NCBI RefSeq assembly: GCF_964355755.1
Contig: NC_092674.1
Span: 22,630,001-22,694,000, forward strand
Length of the DNA stretch: 64,000 nt
Direction of reading: 5' to 3'
Source: Antedon mediterranea
Lineage: Eukaryota > Animalia > Echinodermata
The position numbers were made by a program, and so were the translations under genes. A model generated the notes under the pieces. That model did no database searches, was not told the origin of the DNA, and saw nothing but the letters and a program-made list of their open reading frames with translations. Numbering within the stretch: position 1 is the stretch's first letter; each line of letters opens with the position of its first letter. Below, piece after piece: positions 39,574 to 52,699 of this stretch.

Positions 39574-40040
39574 GCTGTTCACGGTTGTTCTTCTTTTGCA
39601 TCCTATGTTAGTAACTTAAGTAGTCAGACCACCGATCTTTAACCATGGCTATTCCCCTGCACATGGTTAGACACGATTTTTAGTTTGTCTCACTTGCTTC
39701 GATCTGAAACTAACTTTAGATGATTTACTTATTATACTAAATGATGAATGTGTATGAGTTGAATGGCTAAAATATATTCAATTAATACTTCGCTGCTTAT
39801 TTGATGTGGAAAAGACGGTTCGGAGTTTTTTTAAACCGTCTTTTTTTGCGGCGCATACTAAAGTTGGTTTTGGAACACGCACAATCCTACAATGTTTTTA
39901 AAAATCTGCCGTGCAATTGTTACTGTGCAATAGGACTAATACGAAACGGCACGTGATACGAAATTAACCAATTGATTAGCAATGATTATCAATAATGATG
40001 TGTGTAAGACATTTTAAATGACGAAAAATTGACTTTTGTA

Positions 40041-40146
40041 TTTTTAGTCGCGTGCAACGCGACTTTACAGCTCACTATTTCGGTTGGTCGGTCGGTAAAC
40101 ACTAACTTGAGCACACGACGGCAACTATAATATATATGGCTTTGTT
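40041..40146 (+). mobile_element. DINE-1/HINE-like element
   Basis: Same structure as 27392-27500. Confidence 0.75.
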
Positions 40147-41088
40147 TTTTTATTCGCCGCACAAATTGTGTATTTTACACTGTCGAATTTGTACAAATTT
40201 GCTAACTTTGTAATAAGGCATGCTATTTTTTTTCGTGGGCGGTATTTGTCAATACAGTATTGGATTAAGATTTACTATATATTGGAGAATATGCAACTAC
40301 TAGGGGAAAATTTTGAACAAACTTCATTAATTTTAATTATGTTATGCTTGTTGCATATATTTCAAAAATAAACTTTGTAGCAGGAAATTCGTAAAATAAA
40401 AAACAAATATGTACACCTTTTCATACTTAAAAAAACCACACGATTATAAACATAACTTATATAACCTGATTAAAAAAAACATAAAATCCTTTCCAATAAC
40501 AACCATATACTTCATGTTGTTCTGTTCAACCATCTAATTAATGATAGATTATTATTGAAAGGTTTCTATACGAATGACGTTTGATTTTGTTATATTTATG
40601 CCCCGGGTGTTGGCGTAATATCTATCAAGTGGACAGATTAGACTGACAGTAATTTAGGATGAAGTTTCTCTCGATATTTAGGTAATACGATGGTTTGTAT
40701 ATCACTAAATGACCCGTACATATTATTTCATCTCCGCTTTTCCGAAACGCTCAATGCTCGCAACGACTTTTTTAGGTACCTTATCGAAATCAAATAGCCA
40801 ATAAAGAAGATTCTGATACCGATTTGGTGCTTTGCTTCTAATACTTACAATTACTGATGTGTTTTAATAGACTATAACAGCGTGTCTTTCGCTCGGAATG
40901 ATCATTTTAAAGGTCGAGGGCTCAACGCCAACGACTTTGTCATTTACTTTGAGCTGATAACATATGCCCTAAAGAAATATTTAAATAGAGTGTTTGGCAG
41001 CGAACCCTCTATCAAATCATTATTGTATAATACCTTCTTCTTATTTTGCTGCAGTGCTGGCGATGAAGAAGTGTCTGGCACCGTTTCT

Positions 41089-41503
41089 TAAGGCTGTGGT
41101 ACAATAGGACGATAACGATTTACGATATAAACATACAGTGCACTGTGTCCTAAGGCTGTGGTACAATAGGACGATAACGATTTACGATATAAACATACAG
41201 TACATTTTTCCTACATAAAACCAAAAAAAGAAGAAATTTCATCCCAGAATTAATCAATATAAAAATTTATGCAAATTATATATATTTTTTTTAAATCCCA
41301 TCAAATGACGTCATGATCAATAAATAAATAATAATAAAATCATTGTATCGTCCCGATATTGTTGTTACTAATAATTACGTCATTTGATTGGATGTAGGTG
41401 GTTATCCTACCGTAAGATGAAAACTGTTTATATTTATTTTGCTTTATGTAGAATGAAAAATTGATATTTATCTATTTTTATCGTCGAGTGTAAATGGGCC
41501 TTT
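41089..41503. mobile_element. Harbinger-like MITE with a duplicated left end
   Basis: The 51-bp TAAGGCTGTGGTACAATAGGACGATAAC...CATACAGT occurs at 41089 and 41151. Right end is TTATCGTCGAGTGTAAATGGGCCTTTA. Confidence 0.5.
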
Positions 41504-43052
41504 ACTCAACTTTTCCTAATTAAATAATGATAAAGTATCGTTTCTCTAACAACAAATGTATCGATTGATATCCAATGGGAATGCGAAGACAGTTACTAGT
41601 GTCTACTCTGATTTATGTTGTTTTTCGTTTTTTTATTGTTGAGGCCTGTTTTATATGTTTAATGTTGCTGCAAAAACCATGAGATTTTGTTTTAATATTA
41701 TAGTTGTGGAGATTTAGCTTGGTATTTAATGTTCGTGTCTTCTAGTGCGCAGGTTCCGGGTTCAATCCTGACTCTGGTTGTAAATACTCAAAAATTATTT
41801 CTATTGGATATGTATACAAACAAAAATTGTTTTCAAATGGTGCAGTTGCCTGACGTCATTTTAAATTTTCATCTTGAGTAAGTTGAGTAAATGTTGAAAT
41901 ATTTAGGAACCCTTTAAAAAAAATTGAACTTAATTGAAATTATGAATACGCCAGGAATTATTAGCTAAACATAGGCCAAACATCTAGTCTATACAACAGT
42001 GCGTGTATTTATTATGCATGGACAAATTAGCACCAAAGTGGTTTGTTATGGTTCGTACCCATTTCAGTCCCAGATTCACGATTTGGTCTTGGTGACAACT
42101 AAATGCGTCCTGCAACTGCAAACGGGTACCTATACCTTTTGATTTTTGGTAATCGCTTCGGTAGCGGCGTGAATATTTTCAATTAATAGCCACGCAATTA
42201 ACAAAAATATTTCCTGCGGCTTACAGAATGACGTAGACGTAGGCGAATTCCGCTTTATATTAAGGTCACGTGTCTTTGAGCAATATTTTAACTTGTTTTA
42301 ATTACCGTACTGTTCGATTGGTGTTTTTTTTTTATAAATTTCGGCATGATAACTCCATTATAAAATGTTAAACATTGGTCGAAACTTGTTGAAAATATTG
42401 CTATGATTTTGTTATACGAGCGTTCAATGTCGATAATAACAGTGCCGTATAGCTTTTACTCGCGTGTGCGTTGAGATTTTGTCTCCTTTAAGGTGCCATT
42501 CATCATGAATTGTACGTGCGAGAGTAAAATTTCCGGCCATCTAGGAGTGCTAGTGAACTAAATTCGCTTCTTCACTGAGAAGCGAAAACCAAGCTAAAAT
42601 ACTTCGTGTCCGAATCACCCCGAACAAAAAAAGTATTTGATTTCTATATATTTATCTTAAGTTATTCACTGCAACAACAAAAAATCCAACAAAAATAATT
42701 ATGTTATAAAAAAAAACAGAATAAACGTGTCTGTATAAGATAATGGTCTTCCCGTTTTTTCTTCATTAATTCTTTTTCAATTTAATTTTTGGTGAAAATG
42801 GATAGCTTCTATGTGATATTAATGTTAATTAACTTTAATGTATAATTCATTTTAAAAGAGATTACTTACTTAATGCATATAATTGTATTCCATCAGCATA
42901 CTCTATATAATAAAAATATGCATTTTAGTATATTAATATTTCAGTGTAATTATTACTCTCAAATGCCGACTAGAGTACATACTTCTTTGAACTGCCACAT
43001 CTAGTGTTTTACATAGATTGAACAGAGAACAAATTTATACTCTTAGAATTGA

Positions 43053-43620
43053 ATATTGACACTAAAGTACAACGTGGATTACGATAATGTGGATTTCTAT
43101 TGTACCGCAATAAAGATGCATTGGTCGTTATTATATATTTTTAAAAAGCACTCTGATAAATCTGCCTATAAATTGTATTGTAAACTTGTGACCTAAAGTC
43201 ATGTTATATATCAAGAAAGAGTTAAAGTACATCTATTTATAATCTCCATGTTACGAAAAAAAATGTCACCCTTGACCTACGACCCGGAAGTCAATGAAAA
43301 TCGCCCGTAAACGTAACAAGGTAGGCCTATGTTTGGAAGGAAAAAGGGTGTAACATCCATAAATTATATTAATTGTAAGTAATTATTATTTTAAAATACC
43401 GACTTTACATAATGCTTTCGAACATAAAACATAAAATTCGTAGCATTGTATATTGACACTGATGTACAACGTGGATTATGAAAGTGTGGATTTGTACCGT
43501 AATAAATATTGGTTATTTAGGCCCTATGTAGAAAGCACTCAAAATAAATCTGCCTATAAATCGTGTGATCTAGAGTTATTTATGTATAAAGAAAGAGTTA
43601 AAGTAATCTCAAATCTCCAT
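43053..43620. repeat. Diverged direct duplication of about 170-200 bp (43053-43250 and 43450-43620)
   Basis: Shared blocks ATATTGACACT..GTACAACGTGGATTA, AAAGCACTC..ATAAATCTGCCTATAAAT, AAGAAAGAGTTAAAGTA..ATCTCCAT. Confidence 0.8.
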
Positions 43621-45582
43621 AATGAAACTAAATAAATAAAGAGAAACATGTATAAGAAAAAAGCATAACAATTACATTTATCTTTACGTAAGTCTAATAT
43701 TTATTTTATTAAAGCATGTTCAGAATTAAGAATTGACAGTTCATTTTAGATTATAACAACTAGGGAATATTTTATTATATTATTATGTAGGCCCTGGATA
43801 TAATATATTATTAATACGCAGAGACTTAAGAATAAGCATATATCATTTTGTAGATACTGTGGTTTATAACAAAAAAAGGCCGGTTATGGTAAATATTGTC
43901 AGAACTGGTAACTGAAAAGTGTTGAAAAGGGATATTAACAATATCTTACTTAATTTTGATTGGAGACGTGAGTCCAAGAGGATTGTACCACGCCCTCTCA
44001 GTTCACAAAATAGAATCGTGTTAAACTTTGTTTTCACACAATTCTTGCTTATTACTAGAGATATTTTCAAAAATATTATTACATTTTAAACTACTGTACA
44101 TTACGTTCTTATTATCTCACAACCTGATATTTTAATTTTTCGTTAAATCTATTTCCGTAAGCCGAGGTTATACATTGCGGCAGTCATATGAGCTTGCGCG
44201 TTGTTATAGAGATGCTATAGAACAGGAAATTTCACATTAAAAGACTACTTCATTAAAGGTTATATTATTTTGAAAATATAACAAATGTTTCAAATTACAA
44301 TTTTTCAATCCATTTTCGCAATTGATTGGAAATAGATTATATAACGTTTTTATATGGAAAACGCGTATTTTGTTACGTTATAAATAATATTATTATACCC
44401 ATCTGCATGTTTCATCAGTTATAATTTGTATAACAAGTACGGGTCCACAATAGACCAAAAATCACCTACAATAAATTATCATATCTGAATATAACGTCAT
44501 TGAAAGTAACATAAAAAATGTGTTTTTGTACGATTTTGTTGTTTCTTTTGAATATGATTATTAATGATAAATCTATCAAGATTTTTCATTTCACATTTTG
44601 CAGTTCTTATCCCGTGTATACCAATTGTTTTGGTGATTTCATAATGCTATCTTACATTATGTCTACTTTCATGTCTCACACCGTTTATTGGTCTCTTTCA
44701 ATGACAGCCTAACATCTTTCCCTCTCTCCCCCCACCCCACTCTCGACCAAATTCATTTGAAACAGTGTCCGATTTTGTCTATTACATTTTAGTGGAACCT
44801 TCGTCTTGTATGTTATTCGCACTGTGGACTTACCATATGGCCTGATTTTGAACTTGGATATAATAACCAATGGATGACCTTTTAAGAAAATGAGAAGTAA
44901 TAATAAGTTCGTTATTAATTGAAATTGAAAAAAAAAACCACGTGTAATTATCCACGTTGTGTTGTCCACGAAGATAAAACTGTTCAAAGCAACACAGATC
45001 TAATCTTATTTAAACTTGTGTAATTTGAGCAATGCTCATTTGTGAAAATTGCATATCAGTTTCATTTTTTTCTGACATGATATTTTTTCCCATTTTCATA
45101 ATCAATCAGCATCTTATTATGTTTCCATATGAAACGTACCTATTAATTTGAAAACTATAATCCATTAAACTTGTTTGGAATTCATTTTATGAAAAAAACC
45201 TAATCAAGATAGATCATTATAGTTAGAACTTATCACCAAATGAATACGCATATGAGTTAATATTATTTGTTCGAATTGGTCGGCATTATATAAGCACGTG
45301 TTTACACTATCAATTTGATCACTACCATTGGACACATCACATTTTGTTGTCAAACTAGTTTGATTTGATAGTGTGGACAGAGCTTTAAGTGTATAAACCA
45401 TAAAGTGGGACCTAAACTTCTCATTTGGTGCACATTTATCGATTAATTATAACCAAGAGTGGTCCACCAGTTATAGACAGTCTTGATGAAAACATGATAA
45501 AGACAAGGTCAGTTGTATTACTATACGATTTAGAGGACACTTCCAATAACTTTCGTCATGTTTTTGCTGATAATTCAGTTAT

Positions 45583-45965
45583 TAGTCGGGTCAAAATATG
45601 AAAATATAGGGCCTAACCCCAAAAACAATGGCAAGAAAATGTTTTTTGATGTATTACAATAAAATATGGTCTCAAAAACGTCATGCCATATATGTCAAAG
45701 GTCACAAAATGGAATTTTCGGTCATGTTTCAACAAAATGTTCAAAAAGTGTATATACAATAAACATATATATTTTGAACAATTTGACACCAAATAGAGCC
45801 GTCTACTACAAGCGGTTAACGATTTTCAAAAATTGGCGGCCATCTTTTTGAACGTCAAATTTTGAACCTTTGCGGTAGTCCGATTTGGGTAAACTTTTGA
45901 TATATATTTTTTGAGACCATTTTCTTGCAATTTTTTTGGGGTAATAAAACAGTTTGACTCGACTA
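45583..45965. mobile_element. Academ-like MITE (TAG termini, 3-bp TSD)
   Basis: TAT|TAGTCGGGTCAAA ... TTTGACTCGACTA|TAT, with inverted subterminal ACCCCAAAAA..GCAAGAAAATG..GGTCTCAAAAA. Confidence 0.6.
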
Positions 45966-46799
45966 TATAGGCGCCATAATTCGAGCGGGGTTGGTGGAAT
46001 CTGCCAATGTTATTGGTATAACCCTATTGGCTTAATTATGATGTATATCGGCACAGTAAACTAGGCCAAACTAACAAAACATTTTAAACGCAAACTTATA
46101 TTATCACATGCAAATGACAATATAACAAGGTAAAGGTTAGGATACAATAAGCTATGTTCTGATTAACGTTTACAGTAACTTGTATAATATTAATGAAATC
46201 TAAATATTTACCTTGTTATATTATCCAACCGTAACATTTACCTCGTTGTATTATCACATTCACGTTATATTTGCTTCATGATAACTGAGTCGTTGTGAAG
46301 CTATAAGCTGACCCATCACATATTATTACTTCATGATTCATAGTACAGCATAAAGTAGGCCTATTGTTTGATATTTCATTGATATTATAATCCAAATTTA
46401 TGTTGCATTGCTACCTTTATTTGGTTTCCATCAATCACACTTTATTATAACATATTAAATATTTAAGATATGTATTAGTGCAGAATTTGTATTTATTCTC
46501 CATAAGGTTTTTGAGTGAATTATGACCAGTATTATTTTACGTTACTGCCATAATTGTAAATAATATTAATGATGTAGAAGCTATATAACGTTATTCAAAT
46601 TCAAATTTATTCACCTCCCTTAGGAGAAACATTTAAAAACTGTACAATAAAACACATCAAAATAAAGATTTACAAGAATCAAAGATTAAAATGGTTTTAA
46701 CAAGTTAAATAAAGTGTCAAAATCATTGTTGTGAAAAAGGGCAGACTTATCGCTATCACTAGGCCTATACATTATATTACTGATACTAGTGCTAATGGT

Positions 46800-46943
46800 A
46801 ATGTTTTATTTTATTTTTATTTTATTTTATTCAGTCAAAACCAACAGCGATAAATACCGCCACTAACAGGTTTGAAACATAAAACAACATCAAAAACGGT
46901 TAACAATAAAATACAGATAAAATATATATATATATATATATAT

Positions 46944-46982
<39 letters not shown>

Positions 46983-47220
46983 TATATATATATAGATATG
47001 GCATGCCATAAACAATTTCAATTAATCAAACAGGTTATGCAGGCTGTTCAAGAAGTGAACACATAATCGTCCTCTTAAAATAACCAAGTCTATCATTAAA
47101 AATATCGATATTATTGCTATTTAGATTATTAAATGTATAAGGTAGTCTATGTTGTTATTTACCTTTCATTCTAACTGTGTTGGTAGACCCCTATTTTAGT
47201 TCCTTACTTTGTAGGGACTG
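46800..47220 (-). mobile_element. LINE 3' end (CR1/Jockey-like) with an internal (TA)n/(TAGA) microsatellite at 46922-46998
   Basis: Minus-strand RLPYTFNNLNSNNIDIFNDRLGYFKR resembles LINE C-terminal R...(W)N.L...D.F...FK. Followed by a UTR and an (AATAA)n tail. Confidence 0.45.
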
Positions 47221-47477
47221 TTAATTCCAGTATTTTATCGATATGTGTTTTTTCATATTTATAATTTATTTATATTATTTTTTTTTTATATCTGCACTTT
47301 GTTATCAGTGAGTAGCAGATAGTTTTAATTAATACTCAGTAAATCGATATTCTTTTGTACTAAAATGTTGTAAATATGAGGACATTAACAATATGACTAT
47401 AATAATTATAGGAATTAAGTTGAATTTTACGTTTTTATTGTTCTTGTTCAACTTGAACATTTTCATTCGCGCTATAT

Positions 47478-47730
47478 AACAAGGCCATATACATGGTTAA
47501 AGTCGCAAGCGCAAATTTGAGTTAGTGTTTACTGACCAACCGACCAACCTACCGAAACTGCTGAAAATGTTAAAAATTGTTTTTAAATATTTAAATTTGC
47601 CTCCAAGTGTTAATATCCAGTGTCAAAATAACAAAAAAATATGAATATGAGTTAGTGTTTACCGGCGACCGACCGGAATTTCTTAAAATGTTAACAAATG
47701 TTGACCGACTGACATAGTGAGCCAGAGAGT
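47478..47730 (-). mobile_element. DINE-1/HINE-like element with an internal duplication
   Basis: AACAAGGCCATATACATGG, (CCGA/CCAA)n and GACATAGTGAGC are the reverse complement of the 27392 family. TGAGTTAGTGTTTAC is duplicated. Confidence 0.65.
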
Positions 47731-48289
47731 TAGATAGATAAATGACACACACTACCTAATAATCTTTGCAGTTTTCCATTTTCTGACATAATTTTGTATC
47801 AGGCCTGAACTAAATAATACAGTCCTATTGGTTTTGAGAGTCAAATTTTGCAAATTGTTGTCTATTTGACTATTTCAAGATAAATTCGTGATTTTTCGTA
47901 GTGATTTCAGTTTCACATTATTTTTACATTGTGTACGTCAACCATTATTATCTTAGTTCTTCTTTGTACATCTTGAATGTAGAGCTCAACTTTGGTATTT
48001 TAATGTTGACAGTGTTTCTTTTAATTTATTGTGGTGTACGAGAACATACAATAGTGTCAGTTGGGAGTTGTTTGATCGGAGATGCTCTCAATGTTCGTTC
48101 GTGTTTTAACTTACTTTATACTGCTAGACATCTGTCCTAAACATTTATGTTCCACTTGTATTAAGTTGACAATGTAGGTCTGAGCATGAGTTTATAGCCT
48201 CTCTACACGAACACGAGCTTTATCGAATAATTACAACTGTCAATCAATTTTTAATCAATTTTTATCGTCTTTTATTGGGCATTTTGTTA

Positions 48290-48470
48290 ATTATTTTATA
48301 TATTTAAATTACTTTTTTTAAATGTAAAATAATGAATGCAATGTTTTTATTACAATTACTTTTAACATTGTAAGATATAAACGAGAGGAAAATATATGTT
48401 TAAAAAATATAATTTTTATAACAGAGTATGATAATAAAAGTGGGACGAACCCACACAAGACAAAAAAAAA
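48290..48470 (+). mobile_element. Tx1-like LINE 3' UTR fragment
   Basis: AATAAAAGTGGGACGAACCCACACAAGACAAAAAAAAA matches the 3' end of the Tx1 copy at about 30305-30337. Confidence 0.55.
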
Positions 48471-48837
48471 TGTAGGTCTGAGCTACCTGCATGCTATACA
48501 TGAAAAGTGCAACATATGTGCATTTTTTTAAAGTTTAAAGTCCCTTTTAAAACGTATTCTTATGCTATTAGTATATATGTCTAGAAAGCATTTGAAATTC
48601 CCAAGCATGTGTAAAATTAGATTGTACTGTGTCAGCAACCGTTTAATGACTTACTCATCGTTCAATTATCAAATACTTAGGCCTAAAAATGGACCAGTTT
48701 GGTTTGAAACTCAAATGCGTTAAGACATGCTGTCAGAAAATTTGTTTCCTTTTTATATATAAAAAACAGAAGCTCTCTGCGACCTTTAAAATGTAACTTT
48801 TGCTTGAATTCATCTTTGTTACTATGTATATAATAAT

Positions 48838-48993
48838 CAGGTATATAAATGGGAACCCGGTTAGGTCAAGACACAACTTTTCGCTGATTACCAGCTGCAT
48901 TATGGGAGTATATTTAGATACGTGTTTAATCCAAAAAAAAGCCCTTAGAAGCATTGTGCAATAAGCGCTATATAAGGAACGAATACTATTATT
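48838..48993 (+). mobile_element. SINE 3' half (Deu/Nin-domain-like core and L2-type tail)
   Basis: CAGGTATATAAATGGGAACCCGG ... AAGCGCTATATAAG...TATTATT. Confidence 0.5.
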
Positions 48994-48999
48994 AGACTA

Positions 49000-49745
49000 C
49001 TAGCAATTATACCCGCCCCAGGGCGGTTTTCAAAATTAGTTTACAGCCTTCTCAGTACATAACACCCGATGCCAGTATCTGCCTATACTCACCAACCTCC
49101 ACCCCATACTCTTTCTTAAAAAGTATGGGGTTATCTAAACTTAAAAGTCACCTTATTGCCAAATATTAACTTTTCCTCGGTCAATTTTTTTATTTATTTT
49201 TTTTTATTATTTTATATTTTTTTTTATTTTATAAATTGTCATTGTCTGTGTCTGTAATAGGTACGTCCTCCACAAGATGTGTTTTTCATCTTTCTGGGCG
49301 TGTACCTTCTTCTTTCGAAATTTTGTTTACATATTTATTGATCACTGAAATCTATTTTGTATATGAAAGGAGAAAATAAATGTTGCTTTGAATTGAATTG
49401 AATTGAACAAATTCTTCCCAGTGATGGACAAATTCAATTCAACCTAAGCTTCAAATTGAGAGGAGTATACCATAGCTATGATGGGTCTAATAATGGTTGA
49501 AGTACGTTGTAAATTGTGTAAATGAATAGGTGTCATTGGCTGATAATTAAAATATCTTATTTAGATACTGCGGCCCCCCAGCCTCCTAGTACAATTCCAA
49601 TCATATAGGCTACTTCATTACGCTAGTATTACAAACACACACCTGATACATGTAGTTTAAAACATTCCAAATACAGTTTCGGTCATTGTGTTAGGCATAC
49701 ATCCCCACCCCAAACTCCCAGCCGCTTCCTACTACAATCCGACCG
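49000..49745 (-). mobile_element. Partial Helitron sharing internal sequence with 13988-16293 but with a different 3' end
   Basis: A|CTAG at 49000-49003 with a CCGCCC..GGGCGG hairpin. 49407-49740 aligns with 15438-15960. Confidence 0.6.
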
Positions 49746-51554
49746 ATTCTCATAGAAGAATGAGTACCGGTTAGGTTTCTCTTGATTTGAAAAATGAAAT
49801 ACTAAGACCTCTATTAAGGACCTTCGGGACCAAACAGAGTGTCCTGTGAATAGTGGTGTCCCCTGAATAGTGGTTGGTCATAGTGGTAGTGCTTCTCGTG
49901 TCCCATTATATTGTCCCCTGGACAGAGGGGTCCCGTTTGGGTGTTCTATTTACTTCATTGTCACTCAAATTGGCGAATTAAATTTAAAAAGAAAGCAGAT
50001 CTTGATTCGTGTAAAATGTATGCCGCTCGTATGTCGAGAAATAGCAGAAGGTGCCAGGCCAGACTTAGGCTTACTATTCCCACTGTGGCCAAAATCTAAT
50101 ATCTTGCGCACACACTGGTCATATGCCCTACACCGTCGGATGTTCCGTGTGCTTTACTTTTAAAATGTAATCTGCTATTTAAAATGAGCATAAAGAAACT
50201 TATTTATCATGAATTGAGTACATTATGAAATAATTAGCAGCAACAAGAAATGTTTTTGAAATTCGTTAAAGTGTTTGAAATTACAAATAGTAATTATTAG
50301 CTTATATAAACATTGAGAAGGTGCATGGGTATAGGCATGAGAAATTTAGTTCAGTTTATTATGCAGTGCCCCCAACTGATGTCATATTTAACTCGATTGT
50401 AGACGTCTCTACTGGGACTCCGCATACGGATTTTGCCATTTAAAGAACCTTAAAAGATATAATTATTGTCAATTAAACAATGGAATACGACATAAGCACT
50501 TAGAAAGTTATTCCACTGCGCTCTTTTAAAAATATCATTACGTTCAAGTGACGTCATATTTGCCGTCAATATTATAAGTTAAGTACGTCATATAAGCTTG
50601 CGCCTGCGGAATTTTGAATAAAAATTTGTCTCCTTGTTTTTATTATATCGTTTTGTCTTATACAATATAACCATAATGCTCATTGTCATTAAAGTTGTGA
50701 ACGTTTTATGGCTGATTACAATACATAATATATTGCCTCATTCAAACATTCAGTTAAAAGTTAATAAAAAATCGCCAATGTCATTTTTATCTGCTGTATA
50801 AATCCGATAAAATTTTACCTCGAGACAGGCCTCGTGTTGCGCTATATCAATTGTTAAAGAATTCTTCTAGACTTCAGCCTACTTACTACTATAAATTATT
50901 TAAATATTTTTTTATTTTATATTTATTTATTTACACATTATATCCATTTGATTAGTTGATTTTGTATCACATGGCCTTGGTCCATTGAATGGTGATGTTC
51001 TATTGAATGGTTCTATTCAACAACCGGCTTTAAAATAATGTTGATATTTTGTGTGGCACGACAGCGTTCAGACAATTAGAAAGAAAAATAATATATAAAT
51101 TAAAGATTCCTTTCATAATTATTGTCAGTAAATGCGGCACACAAATCGTGTTTCTCTCCCGTGCGTTGGCCTACTTTTCTTTTTTATCTGGTTACTTTTT
51201 TGGTGACCTTTTCTTAGAAGTGCATTAATTATTGAAAGATAAAAAAATGGTCGGCAAAGTCGATTGGTAATATCTGACAATTCAGATTAATGCTTGACCA
51301 ACGATTTATCTGGATTGGCCATTAGCAAGTAAAAAGTTCACTTATAGGACAACATGCTAAAACTAAAGTACCTTAATCTCTATGTTTAGACTGTGATTCA
51401 TTCGTATTCATTCTATGCTGGAGCTGTTGTTTGACGAGCATAATCATGTTTGGCAACGAAAGTCTCCAAGCGCTGTATATAAGCAAGTGAAAAGGAGTGG
51501 GGCAATAAACGTACTATTTTTATTAAAGTATATTATGTTAACATTTTAGAAACC

Positions 51555-51660
51555 TCGCTCTATCCCCCTTGCCTCCAATCCTCCCCCTCCCCTCCCCTCC
51601 CTCTCTCTCTCTCTCTCTCTCTATCTCCCTCCCCCTCTCACCTCCTTTTTCCTCCACCCG
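51555..51660. repeat. Polypyrimidine/(CT)n tract (GAGA-type), possibly promoter-associated
   Basis: Direct reading. Confidence 0.85.
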
Positions 51661-52699
51661 AATAAAGGCCTCTCTTGAATAAACAATCCCTAAAAATCCT
51701 ACTGAACAATCTTTATAAGCAACATTTAGCTCGTGTATAAGTGACGGCGTCACGCAGTGACAATGTCATTTGACTTGGTTTAAAATTAGTTGGAATATCG
51801 CTTAAACTCAGTCACAATGTTACTATAAGCTAATAATAACATTATATGATTTAGAAGTGATTGTATGAAGGTTATTTCCTTCTGGTTCGTTTAATAGGCC
51901 TAATAAATCAAAAGTCAAAATATAAAGTGTATACATTATAAAATAAAGTTAATCTCACTTACGGTAACTTATTTTTTAAAGTAGGCCTAGTGTATGTTTT
52001 AACTTTTTTATTTAATTTGCTGATCACAATTATGAGTTTAATGATCGTTATTTTTTTTTTTTTCATCTTTAAGCAATTTACCATACGAAAATAGATAATA
52101 AAAAGAGCCAATAATAGTAAAGATTCTCATCAAAACATTTTTTTTTCTGTTTGGTCCAACACAGCATGCTCTATTAATCGAAGTAACATTACAATTGTAT
52201 TAGAAAGGCCTAACGGATAATAAGATAGTTAACAAATATAATTTAAACTAGGTCACACGTAGATGACATTAAACTTAGGTTAAAAACATTAGGCCTAACT
52301 GCAGCTCGATCGATAAAGAAGTTGATAAAATGTAATGATACGTAACTTTTTATATTTTTCTATTAACCGCCAGTAATATTCAATATAGACACTAAGTCGT
52401 GATGAGATAAAAGGTCATGGTAACACGCGTGTTCGTTCCAGCGATTACGTTTGCAATTTATAATTAGCACTGGGTACTGCATATACATAATTTTACATCA
52501 TTTTTATATTATTTTTTATCAGACAACCTTGATGGCGCTGTTTATCGATTTTTGTTTTTCTACGCTATTCAATGCACGTCTTAATATCTGATTGTGCGCC
52601 GTATTGCGATTTTGCTTTCAAGCTTCCATTAATGAAAGAATAAGCAAATCTATGACGTAACGCACACCGTGATCGTATCTAGTTTGCTGAAATACGCAT

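Noticed and set aside
41134-41150. RSS heptamer CACTGTG linked to the RAG/Transib-like relic
   Set aside because: It is 7 kb away, has no nonamer, and is explained by the local duplication junction.
41700-41790. tRNA gene
   Set aside because: A- and B-box-like motifs (GGGTTCAATCC) are present, but no consistent cloverleaf; at most a decayed SINE head. The same applies to about 18820-18890.
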